A stretch of DNA of 64,000 nt from assembly GCA_964016885.1 (NCBI GenBank), contig OZ024741.1, positions 229,214,001 to 229,278,000 on the forward strand, written 5' to 3'. Under the pieces are notes generated by a model. The model saw only the letters and a list, made by a program, of their open reading frames with translations. It was not told the origin of the DNA and made no database searches. Shown one piece after another: positions 35,791-56,600 of the stretch (positions within the stretch are counted from its first letter, which is position 1; each line of letters starts with the position of its first letter). The DNA is from Eledone cirrhosa. Lineage: Eukaryota. The translations under genes and the position numbers were made by a program.

Positions 35791-38700
35791 CACTTGACTG
35801 ATATACATACACACCAGAGTGATATACAAACACACCAGACTGATACACATACAGACCAGACTGATACACACACACACCAGACTGATACACATACACACCA
35901 GACTGATATACACATACACACCAGACTTATACACATACACACCAGACTGATACACATACACACCAGACTGATACACATACACACCAGACTGATACACATA
36001 CACACCAGACTGATATACATACACACCAGACTGATATACATACACACCAGACTGATATACATACACACCAGACTGATATACATACACACGGGACTGATAC
36101 ACATACACACCAGACTGATACACATACACACCAGACTGATATACATACACAGCAGACTGATACACATACACACCAGACTGATATACATACACACCAGACT
36201 GATACACATACACACCAGACTGATACACATACACACCAGACTGATTCACATACACACCAGACTGATACACATACACACCAGACTGATACACATACACACC
36301 AGACTGATACACATACACACCAGACTGATATACATACACAGCAGACTGATACACATACACACCAGAATGATACACATACACACCAGACTGATATACATAC
36401 ACACCAGACTGATTCACATACACACCAGACTGATACACATACACACCAGACTGATACACATACACACCAGACTGATACACATACACACCAGACTGATATA
36501 CATACACAGCAGACTGATACACATACACACCAGAATGATACACATACACACCAGACTGATATACATACACACCAGACTGATACACATACGCACCAGACTG
36601 ATACACATACACACCAGACTGATAAACATACACACAAGACTGATATACACATACACACCAGACTGATACACATACACACCACACTGATAAACATACACAC
36701 CAGACTGATAAACATACACACAAGACTGATTGATATACATACACGCCAGACTGATACACATACACACCAGACTGATACACATACACACCAGACTGATAAA
36801 CATACACACAAGACTGATATACACATACACACCAGACTGATACACATACACACCAGACTGATACACATACACACCAGACTGATAAACATACACACCAGAC
36901 TGATATACACACACACCAGACTGATACATATACACACCAGACTGATATACATACACACCAGACTGATACACATATACACCAGACTGATACAAATACACAC
37001 CTGATTGATATACATACACACCAGACTGATACACATACACACCAGAATGATACACATACACACCAGACTGATACACATACACACCAGACTGATACACATA
37101 CACACCAGACTGATATACATACACACCAGACTGATACACATACACACCAGACTGATATACATACACACCAGACTGATATACACACACACCAGACTGATAC
37201 ACATACACACTAGACTGACATACATACACACCAGACTGATATACATATACACCAGACTGATACACATACACACCGGACTGATACACATACACACCAGACT
37301 GACATACATACACACCAGACTGATACACATACACACCAGACTGATACACATACACACCAGACTGACATACATACACACCAGACTGATATACACACACACC
37401 AGACTGATACACATACACACCAGACTGATACACATACACACCAGACTGATACACATACACACCAGACTGATATACACACACACCAGACTGATACACATGC
37501 ACACCAGACTGATATACATACACACCAGACTGATACACATACACACCAGACTGATACACATACACACCAGACTGATACACATACACACCAGACTGATACA
37601 CATACACACCAGACTGATATACATACACACCAGACTGATACACATACACACCAGACTGATATACATACACACCAGACTGATACACATACACACCAGACTG
37701 ATACACATACACACCAGAATGATACACATACACTCCAGACTGATATACATACACACCAGACTGATATACATACACACCAGACTGATACACATACACACCA
37801 GACTGATACACATACACACCAGACTGATACACATACACACCAGACTGATACAGATACACACCAGACTGATATACATATACACCAGACTGATACACATACA
37901 CACCAGACTGATATACATACACACCATACTGATACACATACACACCAGACTGATACACATACACACCAGACTGATACACATACACACCAGAATGATACAC
38001 ATACACACCAGACTGATATACATACACACCAGACTGATACACATACACACCAGACTGATACACATACACACCAGACTGATACACATACACACCAGTCTGA
38101 TACACATACACACCAGAATGATACACATACACACCAGACTGATACACATACACACCAGACTGATACACATACACACAAGACTGAAACACATACACACCAG
38201 ACTGATACACATACACACCAGACTGATACACATACACACCAGACTGATACACATACACACCAGACTGATACACATACACACCAGACTGATATACATACAC
38301 ACCAGACTGATACACATACACACCAGAATGATACACATACACACCAGACTGATATACATACACACCAGACTGATACACATACACACCAGACTGATATACA
38401 TACACACCAGACTGATACACATACACACCAGACTGATATACCTACACACCAGACTGATACACATACACACCAGACAGATACAAACACACAACAGACTGAT
38501 ATACACACACACCAGACTGATACACATGCACACCAGACTGATACACATACACACCAGACTGATATACATACACACCAGACTGATATACACACCAGACTGA
38601 TACACATACACACTAGACTGACATACATACACACCAGACTGATATACATACACACCAGACTGATACACATACACACCAGACTGATACACATACACACCAG

Positions 38701-41700
38701 ACTGACATACATACACACCAGACTGATACACATACACACCAGACTGATACACATACACACCAGACTGATACACATACACACCAGACTGATATACATACAC
38801 ACTAGACTGATATACACACACACCAGACTGATACACATGCACACCAGACTGATATACATACACACCAGACTGATACACATACACACCAGACTGATACACA
38901 TACACACCAGACTGATACACATACACACCAGACTGATACACATACACACCAGACTGATATACATACACACCAGACTGATATACATACACTCCAGACTGAT
39001 ACACATACACACCAGACTTATACACATACACACCAGACTGATACACATACACACCAGACTGATACACATACACACAAGACTGATACACATACACTCCAGA
39101 CTGATACACATAAACACCAGACTGATACACATACACACCAGACTGATATACATACACACCAGACTGATACACATACACTCCAGACTGATACATATACAAA
39201 CCAGACTGATACACATACACACCAGACTGATACACATACACACCAGTCTGATACACATACACTCCAGACTGATACACATAAACACCAGACTGATACACAT
39301 ACACACCAGACTGATACACATACACACCAGACTGATATACATACACACTAGACTGATATACACACACACCAGACTGATACACATGCACACCAGACTGATA
39401 TACATACACACCAGACTGATACACATACACACTAGACTGATACACATACACACCAGACTGATACACATACACACCAGACTGATACACATACACACCAGAC
39501 TGATATACATACACTCCAGACTGATACACATACACACCAGACTTATACACATACACACCAGACTGATATACATACACACCAGACTGATATATATACACAC
39601 CAGACTGATACACATACACTCCACACTGATACACATACACTCCAGACTGATACACATAAACACCAGACTGATATACATACACACCAGACTGATATATATA
39701 CACACCAGACTGATACACATACACACCAGACTGATACACATACACTCCAGACTGATACACATAAACACCAGACTGATACACATACACACCAGACTGATAT
39801 ACATACACACCAGACTGATACACATACACTCCAGACTGATACATATACACACCAGACTGATACACATACACACCAGACTGATACACATACACACCAGTCT
39901 GATACACATACACACCAGAATGATACACATACACACCAGACTGATACACATACACACCAGACTGATACACATACACACCAGACTGATATACATACACACC
40001 AGACTGATATACATACACACCAGACTGATACATATACACACCAGACTGATACACATACACACCAGACTGATACACATACACACTTGACTGATATACATAC
40101 ACACCAGAGTGATATACAAACACACCAGACTGATACACATACACTCCAGACTGATACATATACACACCAGACTGATACACATACACACCAGACTGATACA
40201 CATACACACCAGTCTGATACACATACACTCCAGACTGATACACATAAACACCAGACTGATACACATACACACCAGACTGATATACACACACACCGACTGA
40301 TACATATACACACCAGACTGATATACATACACACCAGACTGATACACATATACACCAGACTGATACAAATACACACCTGATTGATATACATACACACCAG
40401 ACTGATACACATACACACCAGACTGATACACATACATACCAGACTGATACACATACACACCAGACTGATACACATACACACCAGACTGATATACATACAC
40501 ACCAGACTGATACACATACACACCAGACTGATATACATACACACCAGACTGATATACACACCAGACTGATACACATACACACTAGACTGACATACATACA
40601 CACCAGACTGATACACATACACACCAGACTGACACACATACACTCCAGACTGATACACATAAACACCAGACTGATACACATACACACCAGACTGATATAC
40701 ATACACACCAGACTGATACACATAAACACCAGACTGATACACATACACACCAGACTGATACACATACACACCAGACTGATATACATACACACCAGACTGA
40801 TACACATACACTCCAGACTGATACATATACACACCAGACAGATACACATACACACCAGACTGATACACATACACACCAGACTGATACACATACACTCCAG
40901 ACTGATACACATAAACACCAGACTGATACACATACACACCAGACTGATACACATACACACCAGACTGATACACATACACTCCAGACTGATACACATAAAC
41001 ACCAGACTGATACACATACACACCAGACTGATATACATACACACCAGACTGATACACATAAACACCAGACTGATACACATACACACCAGACTGATACACA
41101 TACACACCAGACTGATACACATACACACTTGACTGATATACATACACACCAGAGTGATATACAAACACACCAGACTGATACACATACAGACCAGACTGAT
41201 ACACACACACACCAGACTGATACACATACACACCAGACTGATATACACATACACACCAGACTTATACACATACACACCAGACTGATACACATACACACCA
41301 GACTGATACACATACACACCAGACTGATACACATACACACCAGACTGATATACATACACACCAGACTGATATACATACACACCAGACTGATATACATACA
41401 CACCAGACTGATATACATACACACGGGACTGATACACATACACACCAGACTGATACACATACACACCAGACTGATATACATACACAGCAGACTGATACAC
41501 ATACACACCAGACTGATATACATACACACCAGACTGATACACATACACACCAGACTGATACACATACACACCAGACTGATTCACATACACACCAGACTGA
41601 TACACATACACACCAGACTGATACACATACACACCAGACTGATACACATACACACCAGACTGATATACATACACAGCAGACTGATACACATACACACCAG

Positions 41701-44665
41701 AATGATACACATACACACCAGACTGATATACATACACACCAGACTGATTCACATACACACCAGACTGATACACATACACACCAGACTGATACACATACAC
41801 ACCAGACTGATACACATACACACCAGACTGATATACATACACAGCAGACTGATACACATACACACCAGAATGATACACATACACACCAGACTGATATACA
41901 TACACACCAGACTGATACACATACGCACCAGACTGATACACATACACACCAGACTGATAAACATACACACAAGACTGATATACACATACACACCAGACTG
42001 ATACACATACACACCACACTGATAAACATACACACCAGACTGATAAACATACACACAAGACTGATTGATATACATACACGCCAGACTGATACACATACAC
42101 ACCAGACTGATACACATACACACCAGACTGATAAACATACACACAAGACTGATATACACATACACACCAGACTGATACACATACACACCAGACTTATACA
42201 CATACACACCAGACTGATAAACATACACACCAGACTGATATACACACACACCAGACTGATACATATACACACCAGACTGATATACATACACACCAGACTG
42301 ATACACATATACACCAGACTGATACAAATACACACCTGATTGATATACATACACACCAGACTGATACACATACACACCAGAATGATACACATACACACCA
42401 GACTGATACACATACACACCAGACTGATACACATACACACCAGACTGATATACATACACACCAGACTGATACACATACACACCAGACTGATATACATACA
42501 CACCAGACTGATATACACACACACCAGACTGATACACATACACACTAGACTGACATACATACACACCAGACTGATATACATATACACCAGACTGATACAC
42601 ATACACACCGGACTGATACACATACACACCAGACTGACATACATACACACCAGACTGATACACATACACACCAGACTGATACACATACACACCAGACTGA
42701 CATACATACACACCAGACTGATATACACACACACCAGACTGATACACATACACACCAGACTGATACACATACACACCAGACTGATACACATACACACCAG
42801 ACTGATATACACACACACCAGACTGATACACATGCACACCAGACTGATATACATACACACCAGACTGATACACATACACACCAGACTGATACACATACAC
42901 ACCAGACTGATACACATACACACCAGACTGATACACATACACACCAGACTGATATACATACACACCAGACTGATACACATACACACCAGACTGATATACA
43001 TACACACCAGACTGATACACATACACACCAGACTGATACACATACACACCAGAATGATACACATACACTCCAGACTGATATACATACACACCAGACTGAT
43101 ATACATACACACCAGACTGATACACATACACACCAGACTGATACACATACACACCAGACTGATACACATACACACCAGACTGATACAGATACACACCAGA
43201 CTGATATACATATACACCAGACTGATACACATACACACCAGACTGATATACATACACACCATACTGATACACATACACACCAGACTGATACACATACACA
43301 CCAGACTGATACACATACACACCAGAATGATACACATACACACCAGACTGATATACATACACACCAGACTGATACACATACACACCAGACTGATACACAT
43401 ACACACCAGACTGATACACATACACACCAGTCTGATACACATACACACCAGAATGATACACATACACACCAGACTGATACACATACACACCAGACTGATA
43501 CACATACACACAAGACTGAAACACATACACACCAGACTGATACACATACACACCAGACTGATACACATACACACCAGACTGATACACATACACACCAGAC
43601 TGATACACATACACACCAGACTGATATACATACACACCAGACTGATACACATACACACCAGAATGATACACATACACACCAGACTGATATACATACACAC
43701 CAGACTGATACACATACACACCAGACTGATATACATACACACCAGACTGATACACATACACACCAGACTGATATACCTACACACCAGACTGATACACATA
43801 CACACCAGACAGATACAAACACACAACAGACTGATATACACACACACCAGACTGATACACATGCACACCAGACTGATACACATACACACCAGACTGATAT
43901 ACATACACACCAGACTGATATACACACCAGACTGATACACATACACACTAGACTGACATACATACACACCAGACTGATATACATACACACCAGACTGATA
44001 CACATACACACCAGACTGATACACATACACACCAGACTGACATACATACACACCAGACTGATACACATACACACCAGACTGATACACATACACACCAGAC
44101 TGATACACATACACACCAGACTGATATACATACACACTAGACTGATATACACACACACCAGACTGATACACATGCACACCAGACTGATATACATACACAC
44201 CAGACTGATACACATACACACCAGACTGATACACATACACACCAGACTGATACACATACACACCAGACTGATACACATACACACCAGACTGATATACATA
44301 CACACCAGACTGATATACATACACTCCAGACTGATACACATACACACCAGACTTATACACATACACACCAGACTGATACACATACACACCAGACTGATAC
44401 ACATACACACAAGACTGATACACATACACTCCAGACTGATACACATAAACACCAGACTGATACACATACACACCAGACTGATATACATACACACCAGACT
44501 GATACACATACACTCCAGACTGATACATATACAAACCAGACTGATACACATACACACCAGACTGATACACATACACACCAGTCTGATACACATACACTCC
44601 AGACTGATACACATAAACACCAGACTGATACACATACACACCAGACTGATACACATACACACCAG
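33950..44665. repeat. Tandem duplication, 2 x 5,335 bp (254 units +1 bp)
   Basis: Offsets 34749/40084, 35046/40381, 35794/41129, 37005/42340, 38837/44172 equal 5335; one difference seen (G36860 vs T42195). Confidence 0.93.
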
Positions 44666-47600
44666 ACAGATACACATACACTCCAGACTGATACACATAA
44701 ACACCAGACTGATACACATACACACCAGACTGATATACATACACACCAGACTGATACACATAAACACCAGACTGATACACATACACACCAGACTGATACA
44801 CATACACACCAGACTGATATACATACACACCAGACTGATACACATACACTCCAGACTGATACATATACACACCAGACAGATACACATACACACCAGACTG
44901 ATACACATACACACCAGACTGATACACATACACTCCAGACTGATACACATAAACACCAGACTGATACACATACACACCAGACTGATATACATACACACCA
45001 GACTGATACACATACACACCAGACTGATACACATACACACCAGACTGATACACATACACACCAGTCTGATACACATACACACCAGAATGATACACATACA
45101 CACCAGACTGATACACATACACACCAGACTGATACACATACACACCAGACTGATATACATACACACCAGACTGATATACATACACACCAGACTGATACAT
45201 ATACACACCAGACTGATACACATACACACCAGACTGATACACATACACACTTGACTGATATACATACACACCAGAGTGATATACAAACACACCAGACTGA
45301 TACACATACAGACCAGACTGATACACACACACACCAGACTGATACACATACACACCAGACTGATATACACATACACACCAGACTTATACACATACACACC
45401 AGACTGATACACATACACACCAGACTGATACACATACACACCAGACTGATACACATACACACGAGACTGATATACATACACACCAGACTGATACACATAC
45501 ACACCAGACTGATACACATACACACCAGACTGACATACATACACACCAGACTGATACACATACACACCAGACTGATACACATACACACCAGACTGATACA
45601 CATACACACCAGACTGATATACATACACACTAGACTGATATACACACACACCAGACTGATACACATGCACACCAGACTGATATACATACACACCAGACTG
45701 ATACACATACACACCAGACTGATACACATACACACCAGACTGATACACATACACACCAGACTGATACACATACACACCAGACTGATATACATACACACCA
45801 GACTGATATACATACACTCCAGACTGATACACATACACACCAGACTTATACACATACACACCAGACTGATACACATACACACCAGACTGATACACATACA
45901 CACAAGACTGATACACATACACTCCAGACTGATACACATAAACACCAGACTGATACACATACACACCAGACTGATATACATACACACCAGACTGATACAC
46001 ATACACTCCAGACTGATACATATACAAACCAGACTGATACACATACACACCAGACTGATACACATACACACCAGTCTGATACACATACACTCCAGACTGA
46101 TACACATAAACACCAGACTGATACACATACACACCAGACTGATACACATACACACCAGACAGATACACATACACTCCAGACTGATACACATAAACACCAG
46201 ACTGATACACATACACACCAGACTGATATACATACACACCAGACTGATACACATAAACACCAGACTGATACACATACACACCAGACTGATACACATACAC
46301 ACCAGACTGATATACATACACACCAGACTGATACACATACACTCCAGACTGATACACATAAACACCAGACTGATACACATACACACCAGACTGATATACA
46401 TACACACCAGACTGATACACATAAACACCAGACTGATACACATACACACCAGACTGATACACATACACACCAGACTGATATACATACACACCAGACTGAT
46501 ACACATACACACCAGACTGATACACATACACACCAGTCTGATACACATACACACCAGAATGATACACATACACACCAGACTGATACACATACACACCAGA
46601 CTGATACACATACACACCAGACTGATATACATACACACCAGACTGATATACATACACACCAGACTGATACATATACACACCAGACTGATACACATACACA
46701 CCAGACTGATACACATACACACTTGACTGATATACATACACACCAGAGTGATATACAAACACACCAGACTGATACACATACACTCCAGACTGATACATAT
46801 ACACACCAGACTGATACACATACACACCAGACTGATACACATACACACCAGTCTGATACACATACACTCCAGACTGATACACATAAACACCAGACTGATA
46901 CACATACACACCAGACTGATACACATACACACCAGACTGATACAAATACACACAAGACTGATACACATAAACACCAGACTGATACACATACACACCAGAC
47001 TGATACACATACACACCAGACTGACACACATACACTCCAGACTGATACACATAAACACCAGACTGATACACATACACACCAGACTGATATACATACACAC
47101 CAGACTGATACACATAAACACCAGACTGATACACATACACACCAGACTGATACACATACACACCAGACTGATATACATACACACCAGACTGATACACATA
47201 CACTCCAGACTGATACATATACACACCAGACAGATACACATACACACCAGACTGATACACATACACACCAGACTGATACACATACACTCCAGACTGATAC
47301 ACATAAACACCAGACTGATACACATACACACCAGACTGATACACATACACACCAGACTGATACACATACACTCCAGACTGATACACATAAACACCAGACT
47401 GATACACATACACACCAGACTGATATACATACACACCAGACTGATACACATAAACACCAGACTGATACACATACACACCAGACTGATACACATACACACC
47501 AGACTGATACACATACACACTTGACTGATATACATACACACCAGAGTGATATACAAACACACCAGACTGATACACATACAGACCAGACTGATACACACAC

Positions 47601-50600
47601 ACACCAGACTGATACACATACACACCAGACTGATATACACATACACACCAGACTTATACACATACACACCAGACTGATACACATACACACCAGACTGATA
47701 CACATACACACCAGACTGATACACATACACACCAGACTGATATACATACACACCAGACTGATATACATACACACCAGACTGATATACATACACACCAGAC
47801 TGATATACATACACACGGGACTGATACACATACACACCAGACTGATACACATACACACCAGACTGATTCACATACACACCAGACTGATACACATACACAC
47901 CAAACTGATACACATACACACCAGACTGATACACATACACACCAGACTGATATACATATACAGCAGACTGATACACATACACACCAGAATGATACACATA
48001 CACACCAGACTGATATACATACACACCAGACTGATACACATACGCACCAGACTGATACACATACACACCAGACTGATAAACATACACACAAGACTGATAT
48101 ACACATACACACCAGACTGATACACATACACACCACACTGATAAACATACACACCAGACTGATAAACATACACACAAGACTGATTGATATACATACACGC
48201 CAGACTGATACACATACACACCAGACTGATACACATACACACCAGACTGATAAACATACACACAAGACTGATATACACATACACACCAGACTGATACACA
48301 TACACACCAGACTGATACACATACACACCAGACTGATAAACATACACACCAGACTGATATACACACACACCAGACTGATACATATACACACCAGACTGAT
48401 ATACATACACACCAGACTGATACACATATACACCAGACTGATACAAATACACACCTGATTGATATACATACACACCAGACTGATACACATACACACCAGA
48501 ATGATACACATACACACCAGACTGATACACATACACACCAGACTGATACACATACACACCAGACTGATATACATACACACCAGACTGATACACATACACA
48601 CCAGACTGATATACATACACACCAGACTGATATACACACACACCAGACTGATACACATACACACTAGACTGACATACATACACACCAGACTGATATACAT
48701 ATACACCAGACTGATACACATACACACCGGACTGATACACATACACACCAGACTGACATACATACACACCAGACTGATACACATACACACCAGACTGATA
48801 CACATACACACCAGACTGACATACATACACACCAGACTGATATACACACACACCAGACTGATACACATACACACCAGACTGATACACATACACACCAGAC
48901 TGATACACATACACACCAGACTGATATACACACACACCAGACTGATACACATGCACACCAGACTGATATACATACACACCAGACTGATACACATACACAC
49001 CAGACTGATACACATACACACCAGACTGATACACATACACACCAGACTGATACACATACACACCAGACTGATATACATACACACCAGACTGATACACATA
49101 CACACCAGACTGATATACATACACACCAGACTGATACACATACACACCAGACTGATACACATACACACCAGAATGATACACATACACTCCAGACTGATAT
49201 ACATACACACCAGACTGATATACATACACACCAGACTGATACACATACACACCAGACTGATACACATACACACCAGACTGATACACATACACACCAGACT
49301 GATACAGATACACACCAGACTGATATACATATACACCAGACTGATACACATACACACCAGACTGATATACATACACACCATACTGATACACATACACACC
49401 AGACTGATACACATACACACCAGACTGATACACATACACACCAGAATGATACACATACACACCAGACTGATATACATACACACCAGACTGATACACATAC
49501 ACACCAGACTGATACACATACACACCAGACTGATACACATACACACCAGTCTGATACACATACACACCAGAATGATACACATACACACCAGACTGATACA
49601 CATACACACCAGACTGATACACATACACACAAGACTGAAACACATACACAACAGACTGATACACATACACACCAGACTGATACACATACACACCAGACTG
49701 ATACACATACACACCAGACTGATACACATACACACCAGACTGATATACATACACACCAGACTGATACACATACACACCAGAATGATACACATACACACCA
49801 GACTGATATACATACACACCAGACTGATACACATACACACCAGACTGATATACATACACACCAGACTGATACACATACACACCAGACTGATATACCTACA
49901 CACCAGACTGATACACATACACACCAGACTGATACAAACACACAACAGACTGATATACACACACACCAGACTGATACACATGCACACCAGACTGATACAC
50001 ATACACACCAGACTGATATACATACACACCAGACTGATATACACACCAGACTGATACACATACACACTAGACTGACATACATACACACCAGACTGATATA
50101 CATACACACCAGACTGATACACATACACACCAGACTGATACACATACACACCAGACTGACATACATACACACCAGACTGATACACATACACACCAGACTG
50201 ATACACATACACACCAGACTGATACACATACACACCAGACTGATATACATACACACTAGACTGATATACACACACACCAGACTGATACACATGCACACCA
50301 GACTGATATACATACACACCAGACTGATACACATACACACCAGACTGATACACATACACACCAGACTGATACACATACACACCAGACTGATACACATACA
50401 CACCAGACTGATATACATACACACCAGACTGATATACATACACTCCAGACTGATACACATACACACCAGACTTATACACATACACACCAGACTGATACAC
50501 ATACACACCAGACTGATACACATACACACAAGACTGATACACATACACTCCAGACTGATACACATAAACACCAGACTGATACACATACACACCAGACTGA

Positions 50601-53600
50601 TATACATACACACCAGACTGATACACATACACTCCAGACTGATACATATACAAACCAGACTGATACACATACACACCAGACTGATACACATACACACCAG
50701 TCTGATACACATACACTCCAGACTGATACACATAAACACCAGACTGATACACATACACACCAGACTGATACACATACACACCAGACAGATACACATACAC
50801 TCCAGACTGATACACATAAACACCAGACTGATACACATACACACCAGACTGATATACATACACACCAGACTGATACACATAAACACCAGACTGATACACA
50901 TACACACCAGACTGATACACATACACACCAGACTGATATACATACACACCAGACTGATACACATACACTCCAGACTGATACATATACACACCAGACAGAT
51001 ACACATACACACCAGACTGATACACATACACACCAGACTGATACACATACACTCCAGACTGATACACATAAACACCAGACTGATACACATACACACCAGA
51101 CTGATATACATACACACCAGACTGATACACATACACACCAGACTGATACACATACACACCAGACTGATACACATACACACCAGTCTGATACACATACACA
51201 CCAGAATGATACACATACACACCAGACTGATACACATACACACCAGACTGATACACATACACACCAGACTGATATACATACACACCAGACTGATATACAT
51301 ACACACCAGACTAATACATATACACACCAGACTGATACACATACACACCAGACTGATACACATACACACTTGACTGATATACATACACACCAGAGTGATA
51401 TACAAACACACCAGACTGATACACATACAGACCAGACTGATACACACACACACCAGACTGATACACATACACACCAGACTGATATACACATACACACCAG
51501 ACTTATACACATACACACCAGACTGATACACATACACACCAGACTGATACACATACACACCAGACTGATACACATACACACGAGACTGATATACATACAC
51601 ACCAGACTGATACACATACACACCAGACTGATACACATACACACCAGACTGACATACATACACACCAGACTGATACACATACACACCAGACTGATACACA
51701 TACACACCAGACTGATACACATACACACCAGACTGATATACATACACACTAGACTGATATACACACACACCAGACTGATACACATGCACACCAGACTGAT
51801 ATACATACACACCAGACTGATACACATACACACCAGACTGATACACATACACACCAGACTGATACACATACACACCAGACTGATACACATACACACCAGA
51901 CTGATATACATACACACCAGACTGATATACATACACTCCAGACTGATACACATACACACCAGACTTATACACATACACACCAGACTGATACACATACACA
52001 CCAGACTGATACACATACACACAAGACTGATACACATACACTCCAGACTGATACACATAAACACCAGACTGATACACATACACACCAGACTGATATACAT
52101 ACACACCAGACTGATACACATACACTCCAGACTGATACATATACAAACCAGACTGATACACATACACACCAGACTGATACACATACACACCAGTCTGATA
52201 CACATACACTCCAGACTGATACACATAAACACCAGACTGATACACATACACACCAGACTGATACACATACACACCAGACAGATACACATACACTCCAGAC
52301 TGATACACATAAACACCAGACTGATACACATACACACCAGACTGATATACATACACACCAGACTGATACACATAAACACCAGACTGATACACATACACAC
52401 CAGACTGATACACATACACACCAGACTGATATACATACACACCAGACTGATACACATACACTCCAGACTGATACATATACACACCAGACAGATACACATA
52501 CACACCAGACTGATACACATACACACCAGACTGATACACATACACTCCAGACTGATACACATAAACACCAGACTGATACACATACACACCAGACTGATAT
52601 ACATACACACCAGACTGATACACATACACACCAGACTGATACACATACACACCAGACTGATACACATACACACCAGTCTGATACACATACACACCAGAAT
52701 GATACACATACACACCAGACTGATACACATACACACCAGACTGATACACATACACACCAGACTGATATACATACACACCAGACTGATATACATACACACC
52801 AGACTGATACATATACACACCAGACTGATACACATACACACCAGACTGATACACATACAGACCAGACTGATACACACACACACCAGACTGATACACATAC
52901 ACACCAGACTGATATACACATACACACCAGACTTATACACATACACACCAGACTGATACACATACACACCAGACTGATACACATACACACCAGACTGATA
53001 CACATACACACGAGACTGATATACATACACACCAGACTGATATACATACACACCAGACTGATATACATACACACCAGACTGATATACATACACACGGGAC
53101 TGATACACATACACACCAGACTGATACACATACACACCAGACTGATTCACATACACACCAGACTGATACACATACACACCAGACTGATACACATACACAC
53201 CAGACTGATACACATACACACCAGACTGATATACATATACAGCAGACTGATACACATACACACCAGAATGATACACATACACACCAGACTGATATACATA
53301 CACACCAGACTGATACACATACGCACCAGACTGATACACATACACACCAGACTGATAAACATACACACAAGACTGATATACACATACACACCAGACTGAT
53401 ACACATACACACCACACTGATAAACATACACACCAGACTGATAAACATACACACAAGACTGATTGATATACATACACGCCAGACTGATACACATACACAC
53501 CAGACTGATACACATACACACCAGACTGATAAACATACACACAAGACTGATATACACATACACACCAGACTGATACACATACACACCAGACTGATACACA

Positions 53601-56600
53601 TACACACCAGACTGATAAACATACACACCAGACTGATATACACACACACCAGACTGATACATATACACACCAGACTGATATACATACACACCAGACTGAT
53701 ACACATATACACCAGACTGATACAAATACACACCTGATTGATATACATACACACCAGTCTGATACACATACACACCAGAATGATACACATACACACCAGA
53801 CTGATACACATACACACCAGACTGATACACATACACACCAGACTGATATACATACACACCAGACTGATACACATACACACCAGACTGATATACATACACA
53901 CCAGACTGATATACACACACACCAGACTGATACACATACACACTAGACTGACATACATACACACCAGACTGATATACATACACACCAGACTGATACACAT
54001 ACACACCGGACTGATACACATACACACCAGACTGACATACACACACACCAGACTGATACACATACACACCAGACTGATACACATACACACCAGACTGACA
54101 TACATACACACCAGACTGATATACACACACACTAGACTGATACACATACACACCAGACTGATACACATACACACCAGACTGATACACATACACACCAGAC
54201 TGATATACACACACACCAGACTGATACACATGCACACCAGACTGATATACATACACACCAGACTGATACACATACACACCAGACTGATACACATACACAC
54301 CAGACTGATACACATACACACCAGACTGATACACATACACACCAGACTGATATACATACACACCAGACTGATACACATACACACCAGACTGATATACATA
54401 CACACCAGACTGATACACATACACACCAGACTGATACACATACACACCAGAATGATACACATACACTCCAGACTGATATACATACACACCAGACTGATAT
54501 ACATACACACCAGACTGATACACATACACACCAGACTGATACACATACACACCAGACTGATACACATACACACCAGACTGATACAGATACACACCAGACT
54601 GATATACATATACACCAGACTGATACACATACACACCAGACTGATATACATACACACCATACTGATACACATACACACCAGACTGATACACATACACACC
54701 AGACTGATACACATACACACCAGAATGATACACATACACACCAGACTGATATACATACACACCAGACTGATACACATACACACCAGACTGATACACATAC
54801 ACACCAGACTGATACACATACACACCAGTCTGATACACATACACACCAGAATGATACACATACACACCAGACTGATACACATACACACCAGACTGATACA
54901 CATACACACAAGACTGAAACACATACACACCAGACTGATACACATACACACCAGACTGATACACATACACACTAGACTGATACACATACACACCAGACTG
55001 ATACACATACACACCAGACTGATATACATACACACCAGACTGATACACATACACACCAGAATGATACACATACACACCAGACTGATATACATACACACCA
55101 GACTGATACACATACACACCAGACTGATATACATACACACCAGACTGATACACATACACACCAGACTGATATACCTACACACCAGACTGATACACATACA
55201 CACCAGACTGATACAAACACACACCAGACTGATATACACACACACCAGACTGATACACATGCACACCAGACTGATACACATACACACCAGACTGATATAC
55301 ATACACACCAGACTGATATACACACCAGACTGATACACATACACACTAGACTGACATACATACACACCAGACTGATATACATACACACCAGACTGATACA
55401 CATACACACCAGACTGATACACATACACACCAGACTGACATACATACACACCAGACTGATACACATACACACCAGACTGATACACATACACACCAGACTG
55501 ATACACATACACACCAGACTGATATACATACACACTAGACTGATATACACACACACCAGACTGATACACATGCACACCAGACTGATATACATACACACCA
55601 GACTGATACACATACACACCAGACTGATACACATACACACCAGACTGATACACATACACACCAGACTGATACACATACACACCAGACTGATATACATACA
55701 CACCAGGCTGATATACATACACTCCAGACTGATACACATACACACCAGACTTATACACATACACACCAGACTGATACACATACACACCAGACTGATACAC
55801 ATACACACCAGACTGATACACATACACTCCAGACTGATACACATAAACACCAGACTGATACACATACACACCAGACTGATATACATACACACCAGACTGA
55901 TACACATAAACACCAGACTGATACACATACACACCAGACTGATACACATACACACCAGACAGATATACATACACACCAGACTGATACACATACACTCCAG
56001 ACTGATACATATACACACCAGACAGATACACATACACACCAGACTGATACACATACACACCAGACTGATACACATACACTCCAGACTGATACACATAAAC
56101 ACCAGACTGATACACATACACACCAGACTGATACACATACACACCAGACTGATACACATACACTCCAGACTGATACACATAAACACCAGACTGATACACA
56201 TACACACCAGACTGATATACATACACACCAGACTGATACACATACACACCAGACTGATACACATACACACCAGACTGATACACATACACACCAGTCTGAT
56301 ACACATACACACCAGAATGATACACATACACACCAGACTGATACACATACACACCAGACTGATACACATACACACCAGACTGATATACATACACACCAGA
56401 CTGATATACATACACACCAGACTGATACATATACACACCAGACTGATACACATACACACCAGACTGATACACATACACACTTGACTGATATACATACACA
56501 CCAGAGTGATATACAAACACACCAGACTGATACACATACAGACCAGACTGATACACACACACACCAGACTGATACACATACACACCAGACTGATATACAC

